A DNA stretch of 64,000 nucleotides from the human T2T-CHM13v2.0 reference genome, Homo sapiens, in the NCBI RefSeq assembly GCF_009914755.1, contig NC_060925.1, one strand, 5' to 3'. The stretch's first letter is position 1; every line of letters begins with the position of its first letter. Below, one piece after another: positions 53,110-64,000 of the stretch. The position numbers were made by a program, and so were the translations under genes. Below the pieces are notes generated by a model. The model did no database searches. It was not told the DNA's origin and saw nothing but the letters and a program-made list of their open reading frames with translations.

Positions 53110-53964
53110 GAGTCGACTTTTAACTGTTATATCTACTACGCACCCAGCCTCCATAGCAGAACATGGCTCTCAAGTTGCTTCCACTGCTTTATGATATTCT
53201 TCAACCCATCCCTCACCCAAGCTGGTGATAGAGGTTTTGAAAGGGCTTGGTACAGGGCAATCTTGCAGCAGAGGGCTGCAAATGTGAATTATTAGAAATG
53301 TGGGCAGTCTGGAAATGTGAATTAACTTTTGGCCTCATGGCCACATCATATGGAGGCCTCCGTTTTCTGAGATGCTAAGTCACAGATGGAGAAAACAGAT
53401 TTGGTACCTGGGTTTTTGGGGTGGTTATTGATTTTTTTCACCAAATTCCCTGGAAATATAATTTAAGGGCCAGAGAAGCTAAAAGGAAAGCGACCAAATG
53501 AATCCTGCCTCCTGGGGAGTGTTGTCTGTGTGTTGTGGGGGTGGGCAGCAGTATGGCCAAGGCAACTGTAGCTTTATAAACTGGGTGAGGTGAGGTGAGA
53601 TAGCTACAATGTCAGAGAACAATTCTGAGTTTTATAAAGACACAAAAGTACTAAAATTTTCTCAAGATCAAGGAAGGGGAAGGGTTGGCCCATGAAAGTT
53701 GCTAAACAACTTTCTTTAGCAACTTGATATTCCACGCTGCTTCCGCCAGGCTCAGCCTGCAGCTGCAACCTTCAGAGAGCTGCAAGGAGTATCATTGTTA
53801 TTACCTAATACTGCCATTTATTGAGTACAGCCCCTGTGCCAGGCACTATTCATTGTGCATGTGCTCATTGTTTTAATTCTCTTAGAACTTGGAGTAGGTA
53901 TCATTATTTTCATCCTTCTATTACAGATGGATTTAAGGAAATTAAAGCACATAAAACTTAAGTA

Positions 53965-54380
<416 letters not shown>

Positions 54381-56254
54381 CTACTGCAGGAGGTGAGGAA
54401 GTGAGGGAGAGTGGGAGGAGAATGGGGTGAGAAACCTAAGTCCCTCTGTTGATCCTGGGGCTAGACTGACTCTCCAGCGCTGCCTCAGCCAAACACTGCC
54501 ACATCAGTCTTCTGGACTGGAGTTTGACACTTTCGCCTTACTCATCAGTCAGGTGACAATGACACATGCAAGCCTTTGCCAGGGAGCATCCTGAGACAGG
54601 TATCAAAGTCTAGCCCTCCAGCACTGTGTTATATCAACCCTGACTGAGACTAGAGCTCAAGCAGGCACCCAGTTCTTGCAGAGCTGCCCTGGCTTCAGGG
54701 AGTTTGGCTGAAGCCCCAGCTGCCTCTCTTCTCAATGGGAAATTGCCACCAAGCGTATTCTGGCTGGAGGGAGGGGCATTTCTCTTCATGACTGCCACTT
54801 CAGCTGAGGAGGCTGGGTTGACAGGTATAACCAGGTTTTCCCCATCTGCCTACCCTTTTCCTAGCAGGCAGTCAGAGGCTTCTTACTGAGTCTTTCCTTC
54901 TGGGTATTTTACAAAGTTGGGGGGTGGGGACCTTTCTGGTTTTCTCTGGGGGAAGAAAATTAAAAGCCAACAGGCCTCTCCCTAGGAAATTGCAGGCATA
55001 TGCCAAGGTTCTCAGAAAATTGCCACCTCACCTCTCCTGACAAATGACCTCTCCTGACAAGTAGCCAATAGGCTTTCAAAACAGCAGTACCACTGACTAA
55101 CAGCAAATGTTCTCTTTTTATGGAACACAAGGTGTTCACAGGTGAGAGCAGATCTCCTTCCTTCTGCAGACGTGGGGCTATGGAGAGGAAGTGAGGACTC
55201 TCATACTCATTTTACCAAACAGGAAAATGGAATTACCCCTTCACAGAGGGGCTGATTCATTTATATGACTCTGCTAATGCCTGAAGGAACTGGCAGCTCG
55301 AGATGGGCACAGGACCCAGACCCATGATCACTGTGAATGCTTTCTGAACAATGGCAATACCAACCATGGATCAACTCCATCACTGGGCACTGCTCAGACG
55401 TGTAACTCTTGGCCTCTGAGCAATATGTGCTTTGTTTCCTACTTTGAGGCCAATTTTAAACTTGAATGTGTGAAGCAAAAATTATTTTTTCCCTATTGGA
55501 CAGTCTTTAAGAACTGGTAAAAATACAAGGGGCCCTTGTTACCTGAACCAAGATCTGAGGAAATGCTCCTTCCCCGAGAGGACTCTGGAACGAACTGTCC
55601 CTTTTAGCGGGGCTGATGCAGCCCCTGTAAAGCCCTTAGTAAGGACTTAAATCATTCTGATCAATTAGCTTAAAATCTACCAGTTCTTAAACACTTTCTC
55701 CCCCACTTCCTCAGGGAAGCCTTCCTCAGTCCCCAGTTCTAGGGGAATCCTTGCTTGCCTTTAATTTTTGAGAGCTTTATTGTCACCTGGGTATTAAAGA
55801 GCTTCTGTTTGAGAAGCAGGCTGTCACTTCTGTCTAGGTCAGGCTTTTCTTCACAGCACGTTGTGAGCCAAAAATCCCTGAGCCTATGCTGGAGGGACCC
55901 CAGGTAACCCCTGACACTGCTGCTGTATTTGTTCAAGCAAATCTTTACTGAGAGCCTTTTATAAGTCAAACTTGATGTAGAGCTAGGAGATACACTAGTG
56001 ATTCAAACAATTATTCCTGCCCTCACAGTGCCTACATTCTAGGAAATATAAATAACATAATTTTAATATGGTGTATTAGGAAGTGATTATTGCTATGGAG
56101 AAAAGCAAGGCAGGGATGAAGTAGCTAAGAAGACTGATGGTGGGGTCTGAGGGGATCCAAATCAGGTGTGGGTCACGGGGTAGGATTATCTTTTGGCCTG
56201 AATTATTACTGCTCTCCTGGCCCCTAGTCCCTGTGCTTTTACCAAGAGTGCCTC

Positions 56255-56388
56255 CTTTTGTTTATTAAATAAGAGATGGGGGTCTCACTATGTTGCCCAG
56301 GCTGGTCTCAAACTCCTGGCCTCCAGCCATGCTCCTGCCTTGGCCTCCCAAAATGCTGCCTCACAGCCTGGGCCACTGTGCCTGGCCC
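56255..56388 (-). mobile_element. FLAM/AluJ monomer
   Basis: agagatgggggtctcactatgttgcccaggctggtctcaaactcctggcctc...ccactgtgcctggcc. Confidence 0.88.
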
Positions 56389-57189
56389 CAATAGTACCTC
56401 TTAATGCCTGCCTCTCTTCCTTCGATTCTTCTATTCCTCTCACTTTCTCCACCACCAAAAATTGTGCCTTCAATGCCATCCCCCAAATTCTCCTGATCTT
56501 TAAGGACCAGCTCAAGCTACAGCCTTTCCCCAACTCCTCTGACCGCTCCCTTCTCTGAGCTCCATGAAAAGCATTAAGCCACACAAGTGATATTTGATCT
56601 TGTCTTCCATTGTTTCTTCTATATGCTTCTTCTATATCTTTCTCAACTGATTAAAAGCTGTGACAAATGGAGGCTAAGATCCCAGCATATTGCTTTGAAT
56701 ACAGGAGGTGTTTAGTAATCATACCAGGTGGCCTCAGTCAGCTCTCAGTGCAATTTGGTAAAAGCTGACTCCTCATTCCATTTTAGTAAGCTACAGCTTT
56801 TTCTACTCAAGCCCTGAACCACTCCTCCAATATCTCTCAGCAGAAACTTTACTAGCATCCATCTTGGATGAATTTGCTCAACTTTCCTTCTCAAAACCTC
56901 AGAATTAAATCTCTATTTTCACCATCTTTCTCCTGTTTAAGAGAGAATTATTACTAATTCTTGCCCAAGACTAACTGCTTTATTTACACTTTCCCACCAT
57001 AGCCACTCATATGCTCTGGGATCTTATTGTCTTTATTACCCAGAAATTCTTATTCATCTCTTAGGGTGCTGGCTTCTTCTTAGTATCCAAGTGAGTTGAA
57101 ATCTTTCTCATTAAAAATAAGAAAAAGTCTTGATACGTCTTCCTCAATGGTTTGGCTACTACAAAATTATTATAAAAGGAAAGGTAAAT

Positions 57190-57420
57190 GAATTAAAACC
57201 TGGACTCTTGAACTAGATTGCCTGTAGTTTAATTACCAGTTCTGTTGTTGCTATGTGGCTTTGGGAAATTTACTTAACCACTCTATGCCTCAGTTTCCTC
57301 ATCTGTAAAATGGCGATAATAATAATAACTGTTTCATAGGGTAGTGATGAGGATGGAATTAATTTTCATAAACTACTTAGAACAGTGCCTGGCATACTAT
57401 AAGTGATATGTGTTTGATAT
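57190..57420 (+). mobile_element. MIR
   Basis: ttacttaaccactctatgcctcagtttcctcatctgtaaaatgg...cttagaacagtgcctggcata. Confidence 0.88.
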
Positions 57421-60400
57421 TTGACATAAATAATTATTAAGCCTTATATATTATTCTTTCTTTCATTTCCTTGGTCCTATTTCTTTCTTCCCAAAGCTAC
57501 TATCCAATCTTCTGTTTCCTTTCGTCACCAATTTTTTCAAAAGGACAGCCTGCAGTGCAAACTTTCCACTAACTGTTTCCATTTTCTCATGTCCCTTTCA
57601 CTCCTCAACCCACTAGAATATTGAAAGTTCCCAATGGCCTCTTAAGCTTCTAATCCAAAATTTCATTTCCTTTCATTTGACATCTAGTATCCAACTTGGA
57701 ATTTCTTCCTTTGCTTTTCTTGCCATTTCAGCTTCTCCTCAGCCAGCTCCTTTCCTTTCCCAAGAGACTCCATCCCAAGGGGTCTCTTGGGCTTCTTCTC
57801 ATACTGCATTCTCTTCCATTGGTGTTATTCACACTCCTGCCTTCACTTACTGCCTACCTTCCATTGACTTTCACACCTACTAGGACTGACATTTTTCCCT
57901 GAGCACCAGCCCCTAAGCTTGACCAGTTATACAGATAAATGCCATATCGATACTCTTCTGATAGATTAGGGTTCAGCTATCTTCTAGATTCTAAATCTAG
58001 AAGATTTCGAACAGGTAAACCTTCTCCCTGTCATGTATTGCTTCAAATCTCTGTTTTGGCACCCAGTCGCAAACACCAGAAACCTTAGGGCCTTTGTGGT
58101 TCTGCATCTGGATGTGCCTTTGCATTTCACAAATCAGTTTTCACATCCCTTAGCTCATTTACTCCTCACAATGACCCTAAGAGCACTATTTGATTACGTG
58201 ATTTTGCAAGGCTTAATTTGAATAAGTATTTTTTTTCCCAGAATGACAAAATAAACACATTTTCTAATTCTTTTAAGAAAGAGTGAAATAACTCCTTTCT
58301 ACAGAGGAAGAAAATAAGTTTTAGAGGTAACAAATTTTTCTAAGAAGTTGTAAGGGTCAAATGAAATAGTACGTGTTGTGAAACTTCATCTACCTTAAAA
58401 CATCAGGTAAATGCAAAGTTTTCTTGATTATTAACATAATGCTAAATTATTGGTGACACAGCTAATTTGGTAAATGTCACAAGAAGAGTATTAAGTGTAC
58501 AGAAATACAGAGGTGAGGGAAATCGGTTTAGTTAGGGATGATAAGGATCTTGGGAGAAGAGTAGGATTTTAACAGATGGACAGCATGATAGAGGACCAGC
58601 TTCTCCATGTCTCATTCTGGTCTACCACTTTTATATCTGTCCTTAATACAAAGCTGACTTGAGTGATCCTTTCTCAGCACTTCTAGGTAATGGCTGGAGG
58701 TTTCCTCTAAATGCAATAGACAAATTTAAGGCACCTTTTATAAGAACATTAGGACACTAACTCAAAGGTCACTTCTTCTGAGGGAATAAAAAAACCATCC
58801 AACCTGCCTGCAGCAGCTCATACTATTCCACCCTCCATGTGGACAAGGAACACATGGGAACAAGGAACATAGGGAGCAAGAGTGTGTGCAGGACAATGAA
58901 CTGCAGAAGCGTCATTGACACATGGACATAGCCAGAGTACGTGTTTCCAAATCATGAAACCAGAACAAAAACAAATCCTATAAAGGATAGTGTGATGACA
59001 GTTAGCTCAGGCTCAGGACCCTGAAGTGTGCTGTTTGGGAATCACTTTGCATACTGAAGCCTGTGTAATGTAGAAGGGGTCAAATAGAAATCTGGAGGAT
59101 ATTTTGGGGTAAGTCCATCGATAGTAACTGAAAAGCTAGCTTTGAGGAGATAACTTTTATTCTATTAATGTGATTACTTTATTGCTCATAAATTCAAGTT
59201 GAGATTTAGTTACATTGGAATAAAATGGGCTCTTGCAAACTTATTGAGTTACTGTAAACCAAGGTATTATCTAACATCAGGAAGAAGAAGGTAGTTCAGA
59301 CAACCTCTCCACTTTGCAGCAGCTATTGCCCACATCCAAAAGATCATCCATTCTTCTAAAGTTTGGTCACTGCAAAGCCACTCCATTACTGTCGCAATAA
59401 TGTACATGTTATATACAGTTTCAATTCTGACTGTTGCACAGAGAAGCAAGACAGAGGAAATAATTCTCTATCAAAATCAAGTTGAAGAGTGTACAAGTTA
59501 TATTTCAGTTTGATGACCTTTAAAATGACCTGATGCAAAGTCTAGCAGTTGCCAACCTGACTGGGCCTGAATGGGATGCACTCGGAGACTCGGTCCTTGC
59601 CTTCCCAGCTTCCCCAAGTGCTTGAGAAAAGGGCTGGATTTAGAAATATGAAGAGGAAGAGCATGCAGGGGACAAGATGTGAGCAGAGAATCGAAGGTCA
59701 GGATGTGCATGATACACTAGAGAGATTAAGTGGATGGTTAAATTGGCTTAATGTCCATCAGCATGGAAAGAAATTAGGGAAGAAGAAGTTGGCCAGAAAT
59801 TGATATCAAAATGACCAGCAAGCTTTTCCAAGCATCATTTTCTGCAAAGATAAAGTGATAAGGTAATAATGATAATGGTAATATCATACCCAGCACTTAC
59901 AAAAGCCATGTCTCAAGGGTCTCAAAGCATGTTAAAATGCTGCATTATTCATCTTCTCAACAATTCTGTGAGACAGGTAAAGGGAAGTATCATTATCCCC
60001 ATTACATAGGTAGTAAAACAAAGACAGAGGCAGTGAGAATCTTATTTCCACATCCCTGTAGTAAGCCAGCTGGTGTTCTTGGTCTGAAGTGCAGTCATTC
60101 CATTTAGGCTACCTTTTCTAAGGCCAATTTCCCTTGTTAATGTGTAGAGAGGGTCCCAGTTTCCATTCTATGTAACTCTATACATGTTTATCTCTTCCAG
60201 CCATTAAAAGTGACTGAATTTAAAGCCATATCTCTACTTCGTCCCTTGGTAAAGCAAATGGGTTGTAGATTCTCTTTTGATGTTACGGGTATCACTCACT
60301 GATGCCTAAAATGTAATCTTTGTATCTAAAGGTACAATGTCCTTTAGAAGACTTTGACATTTCTAGACTAATATAGGTTGATTCCATTAATCCATCAAAG

Positions 60401-61659
60401 TTTTTTGCCTGTGAATTTCACTAATCTCTCTCTTAGTGCTGTTTCTGCCTCATCCTCCAACCCCAACACCAATAAGGCACGATACATAATCGCAGATACC
60501 AATGACCAAATCTAGTGAAGGCAACAGAATGGCCCACAAACCTTCTCAACTAAAGCTACTTCTTGCCTTTGGTTCTCCACAGCCCACTGTAACAGACTGG
60601 ACTTCCTGCCCAAGTGCTTCTTGGAGACCATTTTACTTACTCTGAGGGCAAATGTGAGGGTTAACTAAGGTTTCTCCTATGTCCAGAGCTGGGTTGAATG
60701 ACAGCCCAAACTTTGACCCCTTCAGGGTCAGCTGAGCTTGCCAAGAGATTCTTGGTCATATTGTACCTCTTCATGCTTTGCAAGGCCAATCAATATTCCT
60801 TTCATTGATTGAATGAAGATTTCTACTGTGCCAGGCTCATTCATGTTAAATGAACAAGACATACAGTGTTGTGATTGGCCATGGCTTGTACTTTACTTCC
60901 TAGCTGTCCCTGAACCAAATTATCTGTGCCTAATACCAAAAGGTCATCATAACATAGCAGAAAGCGTATGAACTCGAGTCCTGCAGACCTCACTTTCCAG
61001 TTCTGCTGGGCCTACTGGCTATGTAACCATGAATTCAGAACTCAATAGGTAAACTCTTTGAGACTCACTCCACTGCTTTAGTCTTTCTCTGCAGTGCCTG
61101 GCAGAGTCCTAGACACAAGATACATGCTCAATTAGTGCCAGTCAACTTGATTTGACTGAACCTACCTATCGGACACAGCAGCAAGTTTAAAGCTTCTCCT
61201 TCCAAGCTGTATCTAGGTCAAAGCCATCACTGAGGAAAACAGACTCTGCAGTAGTTGAACACCAGTTGTTACTTATTTTTCTCTTCACGTTCTTACTAGA
61301 CATAAAGCCCTCTCCTACCTGACAGAGCACTTTATGAAGCTGAATAAACTTACAGCCTGCTCTGACGTTGGAGTACAGGTCACACTTCTCGGCAGAAACT
61401 CCTGAAGAATACATAAGAGCCCTGCTCCTCCCTTATGACACCTATGGTGGCTGGCATGGGAAGAAACATACAATGGAAATAAACAGCCCATATCTGTAAA
61501 GCCTAAGGTGGAGAGAGATGGTCTCTATGAGACATGGAACAATCTGGTTATTTAGGTCAGAAGGGTAGTAGAGAAAGAGCAGCAGTGCAGGGCCCTGTGG
61601 CCATTGCCAAGATGACAGCATGGTCCCTCCCTTCCTTGGTAGTCCTCCCAACACTTCCC

Positions 61660-62342
61660 TACATATATCCCAGGATCCAGAGACAATGAACTACTTGAAA
61701 TTTCCTGAAAGTGCCTGTTTCTCCCTCCCCACCCCAGGCTTTTGTATGTGCTATTGTTCTGCCTTCTTAGAATGCCCTTCTCAGGCCTGACTTTCTGCTA
61801 CTCATCCTTCTGGGCTCAAGTTGGTATCAATTCCCTTCCTCTTGTAAGTCTTCTTCCTCATCACCATGGCAGACTATGTTCTTATAGTACCCTCTCCCAT
61901 CCTCATATGTCACATGCAATATTGTAATTGTTAATTCATGTGGCTGTCCCCAGGATGATGATGACAACAACAGCATAGATGTCATCTGCTGAGTGCTTAC
62001 TATGTTCCAGGTACTATATGTCTTTAATTCTCACATCAAGCTTGTGAAGTAGGACTATTATTTCCATCATATAGATGTGGAAGATAAACTTTAGAGAGGT
62101 TTTGCATACATTTACATAGTTAATAAGAGGCAGGATCAAGATTAGAACACACATCTGTCTGACTTTAAGTCTGTGATTTTCCCCACTACATCATGAAGCC
62201 TCCTATTTGGCTGTGCACAGCTTGAGGGCAGGGACTGCATCTTTCATCTCTGTAGCTCTAGCATCCAGCACCTAGTGCCTAGAATGCAGTAGCTTTTAGT
62301 AGGTGCTCAACAATGTGTTTGATGAATCAATGGATGAATGGC
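61660..62342. mobile_element. L2 3' end (+) interrupted by a MIR (-, ~61975-62200)
   Basis: L2 ctattgttctgccttcttagaatgccct... resumes at gcttgagggcagggactgcatc...tagtaggtgctcaacaatgtg; MIR ctgagtgcttactatgttccaggtact lies between. Confidence 0.7.
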
Positions 62343-63557
62343 AATAAATGGCCATCTCAGCCAGATTTGTCTTGGTCCTGATAATCTCAATATTGTATTT
62401 CTTGGCTCTGGATATCCATTTGGGAGGATCAGTTAAGCCTGAAGTAAAAAGACAATTCAAGGGCAGCTGCAAGAGAACATTCTGTAACTTGTTTATAAAT
62501 ATATGAGATAAAATTTGACTGGGCTGAGTTATTGGGAGAGAGAGCTCTGTAAAGCAAGACAAGCATCCAATGAAGCAATGGACATAGATAAATTGTATTT
62601 ACTCCCCAGAACTCCCTCAAAGGGATTTGCCTTAGACAAATAGCTTGGCCTTGTTTTCACAATAAACAAGTGGTCTCCAGTATGAGCTAAGCCTCCCAGC
62701 TAGGCAGTTACTGGTTAGAAAACAGGTCTGGACCCAGAACTAGTTGGAAGCAGTTTCTCTGTTGGAGTGGGAGGAAAGAACAGGCTACTTTTGATGGAAA
62801 GGATATACCTGAGAAGAGGCTGTCAACCCACCCCTGGCCACAGGCTGATTAGAGGCAGTATCTGAACTAGAGTCTGGCAACTCCTCAGAATTCTCCTTGC
62901 CTCCCAGGCAGTGGTTCTCATCTGTAGAGGACAGGCTCCAAGGAACTAGTATCTTTTTAAAGCCTCCTTTCTGAGCAGTTAAATAAGAGACTGTTTCTTC
63001 CTATTCCTTTGGGAAAATTCTCCCTAAAAAAACAAATGCATTTGTTGATTTTCATAGAATTTGGATTTCACATCTTAGCTGAAGCCCGGGCCTCCTTTTC
63101 AGTATTGACTTCCATTGAGATTAAGCACAAATGGGTCCTAACACAACTCATGAAAGTGCCAGTTTCCCCCTTGCAAAATAAAAGGTGATCTGTCACCTAA
63201 AACTACCCAATTTTTCTCAGGCAGAAAATACATAATGTCAGAGCATGCCAATTACCATAGTGCTTGTCTTCTATCTCTAGCTTTCTCTATTGGTAGGCTA
63301 CTTCCCTTGAATATCTGTGGATTTAGATGTTACATGTTTTCTAGTCAGAATTGGGCCTAAGTGTATTTGTGGCCATGGTCTTGTTGAAGATTACATTTTT
63401 CTTAGTGTACTAATCTAATGCCCCCTGAGTTTGCCATTGTATCTCTGTCGGCTTTTCTGTAATAAATTTGTGCCCTAGGACTACAGGCAATGGCAAAACC
63501 CCAAGCTTGGAAGCTGCTTGGTAGTTGACTGGTGGATCTGTAGAGTAGGTATTTCTA

Positions 63558-63918
<361 letters not shown>

Positions 63919-64000
63919 TTATTTACTCAATATTTATTGAATATGTAGTATGTACCAGGCAGAGTGCTATGGAGCTAAGAATATAGATACATAAGACATT

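Noticed and set aside
53696-53725. 11-bp inverted repeat aagttgctaaa/tttagcaactt with RFX-like half sites
   Set aside because: Short enough to arise by chance or local slippage; spacing does not fit a canonical X-box.

Overview
This is primate genomic DNA, almost certainly human chr1q24.3. The first ~23.5 kb holds the 3' part of C1orf105 on the + strand. Five coding exons (3133-3223, 11108-11182, 16871-16938, 19989-20053, 23123-23268) splice in frame into the C-terminal ~148 aa of the 183-aa protein as I recall it. An alternative first coding exon (ATG 7715, donor after 7882) gives a 173-aa isoform. Exons 1-2 and the nested PIGC gene should lie upstream of the window. The remaining ~40 kb is intergenic and rich in Alu, L1, L2, MIR, hAT elements and five ERV1 solo LTRs. 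The most unusual structure sits just past the C1orf105 3' end. It consists of a 294-bp tandem duplication that doubles the poly(A) signals and an Alu head, a ~213-bp inverted duplication about 1 kb further on (both ~93% identical by hand count), and a perfect 17-bp hairpin nested in the inverted repeat's spacer. I see no evidence for a new multi-gene system. Nearly all ORF-track entries are Alu, L1, microsatellite or chance ORFs. Gene and repeat-subfamily names come from recognition, not a database search.
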